64,000 nt of DNA from Neocallimastix sp. 'constans' (lineage: Eukaryota). A program made the translations under genes and the position numbers. How positions within the stretch are numbered: the stretch's first letter is position 1; each line of letters starts with the position of its first letter. Of this stretch, positions 40,351 through 53,744 are shown piece after piece. The DNA lies in the NCBI GenBank assembly GCA_050613775.1, contig JBODTK010000011.1, positions 992,001 through 1,056,000 of the forward strand, given 5' to 3'. A model generated the notes under the pieces. That model made no database searches, was not told the DNA's origin, and worked only from the letters and a program-made list of their open reading frames with translations.

Positions 40351-42120
40351 AATAATAAAATTAAATTATTATTAAATATTCTTATTAAAATCTTTTATTA
40401 ATATCAAATATAATAAAAATTATTATTAAATATTCTTATAAATTTCTTTTATTAATATTAAATATAATAAAAATTATTATTAAATATTCTTATAAATTTC
40501 TTTTATTAATATTAAATATAATAAAAATTATTATTTAATATTCTTATAAAATTCTTTTATTAATATTAAATATAATAAAAATTATTATTAAATATTCTTA
40601 TAAATTTCTTTTATTAATATTAAATATAATAAAAATTATTATTAAATATTCTTATTAAAATCTTTTATAATAAAAATTATTATTAAATATTCTTATAAAA
40701 TTCTTTTATTAATATTAAATATAATAAAAATTATTATTTAATATTCTTATTAAAATCTTTTATAATAAAAATTATTATTAAATATTCTTATAAAATTCTT
40801 TTATTAATATCAAATCTAATAAAAATTATTATTAAATATTCTTATTAAAATCTTTTATTAATATCAAATATAATAAAAATTATTATTAAATATTCTTATA
40901 AAATGCTTTTATTAATATCAAATCTAATAAAAATTATTATTAAATATTCTTATAAAATTCTTTTATTAATATCAAATCTAATAAAAATTATTATTAAATA
41001 TTCTTATTAAAATCTTTTATTAATATTAAATATAATAAAAATTATTATTAAATATTCTTATTAAAATCTTTTATTAATATCAAATATAATAAAAATTATT
41101 ATTAAATATTCTTATTAAAATCTTTTATAATAAAAATTATTATTAAATATTCTTATTAAAATCTTTTATTAATATCAAATATAATAAAAATTATTATTAA
41201 ATATTCTTATTAAAATCTTTTATTAATATCAAATATAATAAAAATTATTATTAAATATTCTTATTAAAATCTTTTATAATAAAAATTATTATTAAATATT
41301 CTTATAAAATTCTTTTATTAATATCAAATCTAATAAAAATTATTATTAAATATTCTTATTAAAATCTTTTATTAATATCAAATATAATAAAAATTATTAT
41401 TAAATATTCTTATTAAAATCTTTTATAATAAAAATTATTATTAAATATTCTTATAAAATTCTTTTATTAATATCAAATCTAATAAAAATTATTATTAAAT
41501 ATTCTTATTAAAATCTTTTATAATAAAAATTATTATTAAATATTCTTATTAAAATCTTTTATAATAAAAATTATTATTAAATATTCTTATTAAAATCTTT
41601 TATTAATATCAAATATAATAAAAATTATTATTAAATATTCTTATTAAAATCTTTTATAATAAAAATTATTATTAAATATTCTTATTAAAATCTTTTATAA
41701 TAAAAATTATTATTAAATATTCTTATTAAAATCTTTTATTAATATCAAATATAATAAAAATTATTATTAAATATTCTTATTAAAATCTTTTGTAATAAAA
41801 ATTATTATTAAATATTCTTATAAAATTCTTTTATTAATATCAAATCTAATAAAAATTATTATTAAATATTCTTATTAAAATCTTTTATTAATATCAAATA
41901 TAATAAAAATTATTATTAAATATTCTTATTAAAATCTTTTATAATAAAAATTATTATTAAATATTCTTATAAAATTCTTTTATTAATATCAAATCTAATA
42001 AAAATTATTATTAAATATTCTTATTAAAATCTTTTATTAATATCAAATCTAATAAAAATAATTATTAAATATTTTATTAATATTAAATATAATAAAAATT
42101 ATTACTAAATATTCTTATTA
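40351..42120. repeat. Minisatellite of ~54-bp and ~41-bp unit variants inside element X
   Basis: AATAAAAATTATTATTAAATATTCTTATTAAAATCTTTTAT(TAATATCAAATAT) repeated over ~1.75 kb. Confidence 0.93.
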
Positions 42121-44079
42121 AAAATTATATAATATTTAAATCATTACTAATTCTTATTTTTATATTAAGAATAATAAAAACCTATTTCAATAAATATTTG
42201 ATGTAAAATACAGAATTATAAGTTTCTGTATAATATTTTCTAAAACCTTTGAAATAAACTAAAAATAAAACAAAAATTAAAAATAAATTAAATCTTTATT
42301 AAAATAAAAATGAACTAAAATACAGAAGAATTCCAATAATAAAAATGATCTAAAATACAGAAAATATCAATTCTGTATAATTCTCTCTCTGAATAACAAT
42401 ATCAAGAAGAAGCTACCGCCCGGAATGCCCTTCGTGATACAAGCTCCAAATTAATTTTTTATATTTTAATTTAATAAATGTTATTTTTTTTTAAAAAAAT
42501 AATTTAAAATAATAGTTAAAAATTAAAATAAAATAGTTATAATAGTTTTTTTTTTATAAAGAATATATTAATAATAAATAAAATGTATTAAAATAAAAGT
42601 ATAAAAAGAAGAATAAATTTCTTTCTTTTTAATACTGGGAACAAATAATTTTAATTTTAAATTTAAATAAAGAATATTTTAAAATTTAATTTTTTTTTTC
42701 TTGTTTCCAAACTTATTTTTATAGTTATGTGTTAATATTTATTTTTTTTTTGTTTTGAATATCTTAGTGTTTCAACCCCAGCCCGTATCATTTTTGTTAC
42801 GGAACTAGCCAAAATACAATAAACTAATGATTTAAATTATACAATTCGAAATTATAATTAAATTTAATAACTTTATATGTTAATTAATTTAAACTATTTT
42901 TATAATTTCATATTTTTATTTTTAATTTAAAATAATTATATAAATTATCAAATTAAATTGATTAATAACTAATTATTAAATAATTATTATTTTATTAAAT
43001 TGATTAATGACTAATTATTAAATAATTATTATTTTATTAAATTGATTAATGACTAATTATTAAATAATTATTATTTTATTAAATTGATTAATGACTAATT
43101 ATTAAATAATTATTATTTTATTAAATTGATTAATGACTAATTATTAAATAATTATTATTTTATTAAATTGATTAATGACTAATTATTAAATAATTATTAT
43201 TTTATTAAATTGATTAATGACTAATTATTAAATAATTATTATTTTATTAAATTGATTAATGACTAATTATTAAATAATTATTATTTTATTAAATTGATTA
43301 ATGACTAATTATTAAATAATTATTATTTTATTAAATTGATTAATGACTAATTATTAAATAATTATTATTTTATTAAATTGATTAATGACTAATTATTAAA
43401 TAATTATTATTTTATTAAATTGATTAATGACTAATTATTAAATAATTATTATTTTATTAAATTGATTAATGACTAATTATTAAATAATTATTATTTTATT
43501 AAATTGATTAATGACTAATTATTAAATAATTATTATTTTATATTAATTAAATTGATTTATTATTATATTTAATTATTATTTATATTAAAATGTTTTAAGA
43601 ATTATATTATCGAAAATATTATCAATAATTTTATTGTTAAATTTATTAATTTTATCATTATTAATATTTTGTCATTAAAAATAATATTAATTATATTAAT
43701 ATTAATATTTTTATTATTAAAATAACTTTTAAAAAATATTATTAAAATCACATGTAATAATTAATTCTAATAAGAATTAAAATAATTATAAAATTCATGT
43801 AGTAAAAAAAAAAAAAATATAAAAGAAAAAGAAAATACTTAATAAAAAATTTAAGAGTTAATAAAAGATAAAAAAAAGAAAATCTAATTATTAAGAATAT
43901 ATTATTTTTGAAAATAAAAATTTAAATTATTCGAAATCCTGCAACATTTGGCGAGCTATGCAGGACTCAATCAAAAATAATATGAAAATTAATAATTGAA
44001 AATAAAATATTGAGTTAAAAATAATTGTTTTAAAAAAAAAAAAAATTTTTAAAAAAAGCGAAAAAGAGAAGAGTAGAAA

Positions 44080-44934
44080 ATGAAGATTTTGGAATTAGAA
44101 GAGCTACTTCCTAGATTGGACGAAAACTTGAAGGACGTGGACTCTTGGGGAGACGAGTTTATTCGAATAATGAAACTAGCCAACATTACTAGTCCTTCTA
44201 GTATTCATACTTGGGCCATGGAATGCACAGAAGGGAAACTCAGAGGAGTTTTACAGGAGCTTGTGACTACTGATCAAGAAGGAAATGAAGTCTACCCATC
44301 GTTTCAAGAAATAAAGAAAGCGTTAGAAGACGCAATGGAAATAACCCCTCAAGAGAAGTGCAAAAGACTTCAGAAGATGGTTATTCAAAAAGGAGAGTCT
44401 ATTAAAAATTTTAATTGGAGGTATAAAAAGCTATACAATAATCTTAGTAAACTTTATCAGACCTTTATAACCGTAGACGACTATATCGATTTCATAGCTT
44501 ACAGACCTTACGCAAGAGCTCAAGTAATAACGCAAAGGTGTGAAGATCTTGAAGAGGCATTCGAAGAAGCAGAACTCGCTGAGAGAGCCGAAGAAAGAAG
44601 GAATAAAGGAAATGAAACTATCATGACAGCCGTATATACTAATCAAAGTTCTAGGCTAGATAAATTTATAAACAAAAATCATCCATTCAAACAATTTGGA
44701 ATCAATAATCATCAACAGAATGATAATATAAACTATTATGGTAAAAACAGTAAAGCAAATCAAAAATTTAAAAATAATTCTGTAATTTCCAAGAAACCAT
44801 CAAAGGAGTTAAAATGCTTTAAATGTAACCAAATTGGACATGTAATTAGACAGTGTCCATATAGTTATAAAGAGTTAGCCGAAATGGAAAAATCTGGAAA
44901 GTTGACAACTGAAAATAACTCTTTAAACTATTAA
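44080..44934 (+). CDS. gag: Gypsy-3 Gag
   Basis: CFKCNQIGHVIRQC; TTTAAAC slip site at 44922-44928. Confidence 0.9.
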   Translation: MKILELEELLPRLDENLKDVDSWGDEFIRIMKLANITSPSSIHTWAMECTEGKLRGVLQELVTTDQEGNEVYPSFQEIKKALEDAMEITPQEKCKRLQKMVIQKGESIKNFNWRYKKLYNNLSKLYQTFITVDDYIDFIAYRPYARAQVITQRCEDLEEAFEEAELAERAEERRNKGNETIMTAVYTNQSSRLDKFINKNHPFKQFGINNHQQNDNINYYGKNSKANQKFKNNSVISKKPSKELKCFKCNQIGHVIRQCPYSYKELAEMEKSGKLTTENNSLNY

Positions 44935-47900
44935 TGGGAAGAAGGAAAACTTCCACTAATCAAACCAATAATTTAAAACTAGACGTAATAGCCGTAGCCG
45001 CAAGAAACGCAAAAGATAAGCAGAAATATCAACCTTATGAGAAATTACAAAAAATAACAACCTTAAGGGATAATCCAATTCCAATACCAGTTCCAACAAA
45101 TAGGAAAGAAAATAATTTAAAAAGAACCAACAATAAAATAGTGATAGAAGAAAAACAAAATGATTCTAATACAAATGAAAATACTGAAAAATTGAAAGAA
45201 ATTGATCTATCAGTAATTGCTCAACCTTCAATAAACAAATCAAAAAAGGACTCGAAAGAACAAAGAAATAAAGATATATATCAAGAAGCAAAAGTAATGA
45301 ATGAATCCAACTTAAATAAAAAAGACTCTTTCTCAAAAGGTAAACCAAATTCTAAGCAAAAACATATAGCAATGTTAGAACCGCAACATGAATATGATAT
45401 AAATACAGATTTAAATTCAATAACAGCGAACATTACATTTGCACAGTTGTTAGATATTAGTCCAAAACTACGCTCTCAATTAACTAAAGCTTTAAAGTTA
45501 AAAAATGTCCAATGTGATGATAAAATGGAAGAAGTCATTTTATCAGCCATATCCAAAGATGACATTGCAACATGTGAATGTTATATCAACGGTAGAAAGG
45601 GTAGTGCATTTTTAGACACGTGTGCAAGTATTAATATAATTTCAAGAAAATTTTTAAAGAATTTAGGAACTTTGAAACCTTTTGGTTACACTACTAATAA
45701 TATCATACAAATCACTACAAAAACTAGCATTTCTTCTGAACTTTACTTATTAAAAGTTGAAATTGGAAAATTATGTATTCAAGACATATTCCGAGTAATT
45801 GATTATGAACAAGACTTATTTGATGTACTTATAGGCTACAAAACTTTAAAAGAAAATAATTTATTTATAAATCCAATCAATAATTATTTATGTCAAATGA
45901 ATGAAAATGAAAGTTTTAAGAAAATAGTATTATTATCAAATGATACAAATGATTCAAACTGTATCGAAAAAGATAATGAAGACAACTTTGACAATGATTC
46001 TATGCTATTTTGTTTTATCAATAAAATTAATACGTCTAATGAAGTCAATAAAAAATAAGCAACTAACACTAAAATTGATGAACCTATAACAATGGAAATG
46101 AAAAATGATGATACAGAATCCAAACAAGATAATGAGGAAAACAATATAGGAACAAAAAACATTTCTAATGAAAAAAGAAACTTGGTTATGCAAATAATAG
46201 ATGAGAGCCCATCGTTTATTAGGAAAAAAATTTAAAAAATTATTGAAAAACAACATAGAAATCTTAGCTATCAAAATTGATGAATTGGGAAGAACAAAGC
46301 TATTACCACACTCTATTCAAATTAAAGAAAATACAACTCCAATAAAACAAAAATGTTACAGACTATCAAAGATTCAAGCGCAAGCACTTAAAAAAGAAAT
46401 TATAAAATTACTACGAAATAAATTAATAGAGCCTTCCTGTTCTCCATGGTCCTCACCTGTAATTCTTGTTCTAAAGAAAAATAATAAATGGAGAATGTGT
46501 ATCGACTTCAGGAAATTGAATAATGTTACCATAAAAGACGCCTATTCATTGCCATTAATAGATGATATTCTTTTTTCTATAGGGAAAAATGTAAAGATTT
46601 TTACGACATTTGATTTATTCTCCGGGTTTCATCAAATCCCGATGAACCTTGAAGACATCCCAAAAACTTCTTTCACTACGATGTATGGGAATTACCAATT
46701 TAAAGTTATGCCTTTCGGACTCTGCAACGCCCCAGGAACCTTTCAACGCGAAATGAATAGGATATTCCTTCCTCTAATTGGGAAATGCATGTTTATTTAC
46801 ATTGATGATTTGATTATATTCTCTACCAGTCTTGAAGATCATATTTCAGATCTTAATAAAGTTTTTCAAATTATAAAAGAAAACGGTCTAAAAATCAATC
46901 TTGAAAAATGTAAGTTTTTTAAAGAATCCGTCGAATTATTAGGTCACACTGTCTCAATCAATGGAGTCTCTCCTATTCCTTCAAAGACCAAGGTAATTTT
47001 TGAATGGCTTCCACCGTCAAACATTAACCAGTTACAATCCTTCTTAGGAGCCGTAGGATATTACCGAAAGTTTATTTTTAATTTCGCATCAATCGCTAAA
47101 CCTCTTTTTAAACTTTTAAAGAAAGGAGTGAAGTTTTCATGGGGGGAGAAAGAAAAAGAAAGATTTGAAGAATTAAAAAACCGTTTGATTACTGCACCTA
47201 TTTTATCGATGCCCGATTTTGATAAACAATTTATCATACGAACCGACGCCTCGTTTGATGGAATAGGCGGAGTACTGTTACAAAAGGACGATGCTGGAAA
47301 TGAGAAACCTATTCATTTTATAAGCCGTTCTTTGAAGCCAGCAGAAAAAAATTATGGAATCACTGACTTGGAAGGAACAGCCGCTTTTTATTGTGTTAAA
47401 AAATTTAAACCTTATATTTCTGGAAACAAACAAGAAACGTTACTCTTCACCGACCACAAGCCATTAATAGGACTTTTTAAAAATAAGGAAACAATGAACT
47501 CTCGACAAACAAGATGGGTTTTACTTCTCTCTATGTTAAAGGTAAATATAATTTACGAACCAGGGAAGAAAAATGTCATAGCAGACGCGTTATCCAGGAT
47601 GAGAATGAAAAATGAAGAAGTAGTAGCAACCTTATTGTCCGACTTGAACATTAATATTGACAACAAACTAATTAGTAAATTCAATGATAAATTTATCAAG
47701 GTTAATAACGAGGAATATTTTGTTAATCAAGGATCTCTAAGAAAAGTTATAAAAGAAGATAAACAAAAAATTAAATTAATTCTCGAGGCACACAGGATTG
47801 GACATGAAGGGGTATTCAAGACTTATAACCGACTGAAGAGAGACTATTACTGGGTAAACATGATATTAGATGTTAAGTATTTTGTTAGTACATGCAAAAA

Positions 47901-48843
47901 ATGTCAGTTATTTAAACCGCAGACTTTTAATACTCAAACGGAGAATATTCCCACAAAACCGGGCTTACCTTTCACTGTAGTAGGATTGGATATCGTAGGG
48001 CCATTACCGGTAACAGAAAAAGGAAATCAGTATATTATAGTCTTAGTAGACTACTTAACAAAGTGGGTAGAAGCTGAGCCCACTGGTACCATTGATTCAA
48101 ATGATGTAATATTTTTCTTAACTAAGGTGTTTTCGAGACACGGTATACCAGAAATTTTAATAACAGACAATGGTCCTCAATTCCGTTCAGACAAAACTAA
48201 AGCCTTCCTAGATCTTTATGATCTTTATGGAGTCTATGTAAAATATATTTCTGTTTATCATCCTGAATCAAATGGAATGGTAGAAAACAGAAATAAAGAG
48301 ATTGGGAAATACCTTAGGATATTATGCAATAATAATACACATAAATGGGACGAAATACTTCCTAGTGCTCTTTGGGCTCTCAGAACCTGTAAAAATGAGT
48401 CAACTAAGTTTTCCAGCTTCGAACTTTTATACGGTCGTCGAGACTTCCAACCCTTTGAGCTAACTATCAATTTAGACAAGAAAGAAGAATATGAGAGTGA
48501 AGAAGAATACCTTATTAGGAAGTTTACTAGACATCACTTATGGATTAAAGAAGCTATAGAAAATATTCAAACTGCCAATAAGTTATGGGAAGACAGAAGA
48601 AACCAAATGAAGCGATTAAAAGCAGAATATAAACCAGGAGAACTAGTTTTGATTAGAACAATTAATAGGAAAAAACTTGAACCTTTCTTTGTAGGACCTC
48701 TAAAAATAGTAAAGCAACAATATAATACAGTAACTTTATGCGACCCCATCACTAATGAAATTGCGAATAGAAATGTGCATCTGAAAAATATAGTTCCGTA
48801 CAAATTATGCGAAATTGAAACTTCTGGGACGAAGTCCAATTAA
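44928..48843 (+). pseudogene. pol: Gypsy-3 Pol, broken between PR and RT (stop at 46056 plus frame change)
   Basis: ORF 44934-46058 (DTC protease) and ORF 46201-48843 (YIDD RT, RNase H, IN) are in different frames. Confidence 0.85.
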
Positions 48844-49756
48844 AAAGGGGGCGTCATGTTACGGAACTAGCCAAAATACAATAAACTAATGATTTAAATT
48901 ATACAATTCGAAATTATAATTAAATTTAATAACTTTATATGTTAATTAATTTAAACTATTTTTATAATTTCATAATTTTATTTTTAATTTAAAATAATTA
49001 TATAAATTATCAAATTAAATTGATTAATAACTAATTATTAAATAATTATTATTTTATTAAATTGATTAATGACTAATTATTAAATAATTATTATTTTATT
49101 AAATTGATTAATGACTAATTATTAAATAATTATTATTTTATTAAATTGATTAATGACTAATTATTAAATAATTATTATTTTATTAAATTGATTAATGACT
49201 AATTATTAAATAATTATTATTTTATTAAATTGATTAATGACTAATTATTAAATAATTATTATTTTATTAAATTGATTAATGACTAATTATTAAATAATTA
49301 TTATTTTATTAAATTGATTAATGACTAATTATTAAATAATTATTATTTTATATTAATTAAATTGATTTATTATTATATTTAATTATTATTTATATTAAAA
49401 TGTTTTAAGAATTATATTATCGAAAATATTATCAATAATTTTATTGTTAAATTTATTAATTTTATCATTATTAATATTTTGTCATTAAAAATAATATTAA
49501 TTATATTAATATTAATATTTTTATTATTAAAATAACTTTTAAAAAATATTATTAAAATCACATGTAATAATTAATTCTAATAAGAATTAAAATAATTATA
49601 AAATTCATATAGTAAAAAAAAAAAAAATATAAAAGAAAAAGAAAATACTTAATAAAAAATTTAAGAGTTAATAAAAGATAAAAAAAAGAAAATCTAATTA
49701 TTAAGAATATATTATTTTTGAAAATAAAAATTTAAATTATTCGAAATCCTGCAACA

Positions 49757-52159
49757 TTTTTGAACATATTTTTGGAATTATTTCATGCTGTTGAAATTAT
49801 AATTGAATTGATGTTAAGATTTTGATATAATTTATAGTTTAAATTTAAATAAAATAATATGTTTTATTAAAAAATATTCACAAAGTCGATATGTCTATAT
49901 AGAAATATACTATATAGATATATAATAATAATAATAAATATTTAAATGGTTTAGTTTAATAAAAATTTATTTATAATAAACTTTGATAATTAGAATTATT
50001 AAATTAATTTGATTTTAAAATTATTTATTCTATTTAATAATGAAATATCTATAATATATTACTATTAAGGTAATTTTACAATAACCTTACAAAGAACATA
50101 AAAGATTTTTACATCTATTAAAAATATTATTTATTTAATTATAAATAATAAATAATATATAATTATATAATTAATAATTAATATAAATTCTTGTTTAATA
50201 CTTAAAGGGTTATCTTAGGCCTAATAATTCTGAGAATATTAATAAATAAGGTTTATATTAATAATTAATTTCAATGATACATTTGACGTCACGTGTATTT
50301 TATTTATATTATGTTTTATATATATTTAAAACATATCTATATTAATTTTAATTATTCAAATTAATTATATAATTAAATTTATCTTTATATTTTATTTATA
50401 TTTATATTACTATATTATTAATATCTTATAATTAAATATTACTATTATGTAACTTACAAAGTATAAAAGAAAGATGTAAAAATCTATCTTTTATGTTCTT
50501 TGTAAGGTTATTGTAAAATTACCTTAATAGTAATATATTATAGATATTTCATTATTAAATAAAATAAATAATTTTAAAATCAAATTAATTTAATAATTCT
50601 AATTATCAAAGTTTATTATAAATAAATTTTTATTAAACTAAACCATTTAAATATTTATTATTATTATTATATATCTATATAGCTTATTACTAATAGACAT
50701 ATCGACTTAGTAAATTTTTAATAAAACATATTATTTTATTTAAATTTAAAACATAAAATATATCAAAATCTTAACATCAATTGTAAAATAAATTGATTGA
50801 TTAGGTAAGATTATTGAAAAGTTTTTATAGGAGGTAAGATTATAGTTAAATCTTATTGAGTGGTAGGTTAGATTCTTGCTATATCTTTCCTAATTTGGGT
50901 TAAATTGGTCAGGTCAAGATGCTCTTATTAATTATGACAATTTAATTAAATTAAAATAATAAATAACACACACAGAGTTTTACAATTAAGAATTCAATCT
51001 TTAAGATTTATGTTTTATTAGAACTTTATTTAATATATATTTTAATAATAAAATTAACTAAGATTAATATAAGAATTATTTATTGTTATAATTAATTCAT
51101 TAACTTTAGGTTAATTGTTTAGAATTTATAAGGTTAATAGGTTAATAGGTTACTAAGTTAATAGGTTATAAGTTAATAGGTTATAAGTTATAAGGTTAAT
51201 AATCTTACAAAGAATTCAAAATATGGAATTTCAAATCCTTTTTATACTAAGCTAAAATAATAATTAACAATATAATTAAATAATACATTCTAATCTTAAT
51301 ATATTCATACATGTATATAAACTATATAAGATATAATAATAAAATAATATTAATAAAAATCTTTTAATACAATAACTATTTAATTATTCAAAAAACAATT
51401 TAATAATAAAACTAATTTAATAATAAAATAATATAAAATTAAATAAAATATTAAAACTAATTAAAAATTCTCATTCGGAAATCTTTAGAATGATAAAGAA
51501 TTCCTTAGAATCTTTTAGAAAATAATTGAATAAAAATATTATAATAAGATATATAAAAATTTATAAACTTATTTAAAATATTAAAAAATTATTACTAATA
51601 ACTAATTCTGTATTTTTAATTAATAATAAAAATTAATAATATAATTTCCAAGTTAAGAGATTTTATCTAATATAGATTTCTTAATTAATAATTTAGGGTT
51701 TTAACTAAATAATTAAATTATTTTTTATATTTAAAATATCTTTAAAGTCCAATATCTCATTATTTAGGTGTCCAATAAGGTTGATTTTAACATATGCTAT
51801 AGTTTTCGTCCGTAGCTTTCTAATGAATATAATTTTAGCGGTAAATCACAATATTTTATTTCCATTATTTGTCGTGTTGTCGTTGTTTTTCTTCAAGTTA
51901 TTTTTTATCAAATTCTTAAGGGTTAAATTAAATTAAATTATCTTTAATAAATAAGTCCAAACCCTTTGGTTTCTAATTATTTAATGTTTCTAATAATTAT
52001 TTTTATAATTAAAATCGAATTAAAATAATTTTTGTCAATAACTAAATTAAATTTCAATTGATCTAATAGTGAATTTTAATCTCAAATCCACTAGAATTCG
52101 TGACATCAATTCAATTATAATTTCAACAGCATGAAATAATTCCATAAACATGCTCAGAA
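49757..52159. repeat. Fold-back: left arm 49757-50116; right arm ~50472-50781 + 52106-52159; built from Gypsy-2-family LTR plus tRNA upstream flank
   Basis: TGAACATATTTTTGGAATTATTTCATGCTGTTGAAATTATAATTGAATTGA-TGTTAAG... is mirrored by ...CTTAACA-TCAATTCAATTATAATTTCAACAGCATGAAATAATTCCATAAACATGCTCA. Confidence 0.88.
50782..52105. mobile_element. Solo LTR W inserted in the right arm of the fold-back
   Basis: TGTAAAAT...CGTGACA; TSD TCAAT at 50777-50781 and 52106-52110. Confidence 0.8.
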
Positions 52160-53115
52160 TGTAAGAAATAATAATTATTTATTAATAAATAATTACTATT
52201 TCTTAGTCTTTATAATTATTGATAATAATTATAAATTTATTTAAATTATGATTAATTCATACATTGAAATATTATTATCAAATTTATTAAAAATATAATT
52301 ATTCATACACTAAAATAATATTAAAAATTTATTTAAATAATTATTATATATACTTTTATTAATATTATTAATTTTATTTAGTTATTCATTTAATTATTAA
52401 GTTAATGTAAACATTAGTTTTATTTATTTTGTACATTGTACATTTAAAAGAACAATTAATAAGTTTTTGTATTTTTTAAAGATAGTTTTATGTTAATAAG
52501 TTTAGATTGGATTTTAAAAATAATATTTAGAAAAATAGAATAATTTAGATCATTCCGGTTATTATTTATTTTTCCTTTTATTTGATGATCTAAATTAAAA
52601 TTTAGAAAATCGATATATTAAGGTTTTATCCAAATATAAAATAATATATTTGGTTTTACTTAATATATACGATGATCGATATGAATAGAATATCGATCAA
52701 AATTTATCTAGTTTTTTCTTCTAATCTTTTTCTAGATAAGATAATTTTTAAGATTAGAACAACTTTTTATTTAACCTTAATTCAATAAAAAAATATAAAA
52801 AGGGCTCTTGATTTCTCTTTAAGAAATCAAGAGTTATTATTATAAAAAAGATATAATAATAACAATATTACATTCTAAACTTTAAATAATAAATTAATAA
52901 AATATTTTATTCAAAAACATATTTTTTAAAACCAACTTTAACTTTATACAAATATTTCTTCCTTTGGATTTTGTGTTGTTATTATAATTAATTTTATAAT
53001 AAACTCTTTTTTAGGTAAAATTTTTATTTTTATTTTATTTCTCAACTTAATGAATTAGTTATTAAGTTGAAGTTAATAATCATATTTAGTAATAGAACTT
53101 AGTATGATTATTACA
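52160..53115. mobile_element. Solo LTR Z, related to element Y
   Basis: TGTAAG...ATTACA; TSD CAGAA at 52155-52159 and 53116-53120; shares GAAATCAAGAGTTATTAT and TTGGTTTTACTTAATAT with Y. Confidence 0.85.
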
Positions 53116-53744
53116 CAGAAATGGGACGTAATGCTCTATATTAATTATTTTTATAATATTTTATTTATTTTTATTTTATTTGATTAATATTATTATTTTT
53201 CCTCCCCCAAAATTTATTTTTTGTAAATTTTCCTATTTATATATGTTTTTAAAATTTAATTTAATAATTTAATATTTTTATACTATTTGATTATTTTCCT
53301 AATTTTTATTTTATAATTTTTATACAATTTAATTGTTAATTAATATATTATACCTTAAAAATAATAAACAATATTTATTTTAAATACATATTAAAAAAAA
53401 ATAATTAAAAATATTTTTTTTAAATACATATTATTTAGAAATGTTAGTAATTTAGAATTATTTAACTATTTTAGTTTATTATTTATATAAATAAAAATAC
53501 TAATTTTTAATTAAAAATATACTTTAATTTAATAATTTAATTGTTTGTTAAATAACTATTGTTATTTAATTACTTATTCATATAAACTAATAAAATATAA
53601 ATTTAAATAATTCAAAATTTTTTTTTTTTTTTTTTGATTAGGTTATTTTCTTAAATTTAAGAAATTCATATTTTTCTGAACGTAACATTCCAAGACGTCC
53701 CCTCTTAAGAGTAGACTTCGTCCCTTCAAGTCCTTTAATTGGTT

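Larger units (their letters stand above)
26616..42790. mobile_element. Element X: ~2.5-kb solo-LTR-like element split by Gypsy-2 (26616-26666 + 40351-42790)
   Basis: 9-bp terminal inverted repeat TGATACGGG...CCCGTATCA; T-run flanks; internal minisatellite. Confidence 0.75.
42795..49756 (+). mobile_element. Gypsy-3: full-length Ty3/Gypsy with disrupted pol
   Basis: LTRs 42795-43946 and 48857-49756 differ by 6x42-bp repeats; PBS TGGCGAGCTATGCAGGA at 43949; PPT AAAAGGGGG; TTTT on both flanks. Confidence 0.93.

Noticed and set aside
43949..43965. Assigning the Gypsy-3 PBS to a specific tRNA (Arg-like)
   Set aside because: Clearly a tRNA 3'-end complement, but the identity cannot be fixed without host tRNA sequences
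49761..52156. TG...CA element with long TIRs (MITE or DNA transposon)
   Set aside because: No TSD, and the symmetry extends into the T/A-run beyond, so an inverted duplication of tRNA flank explains it better
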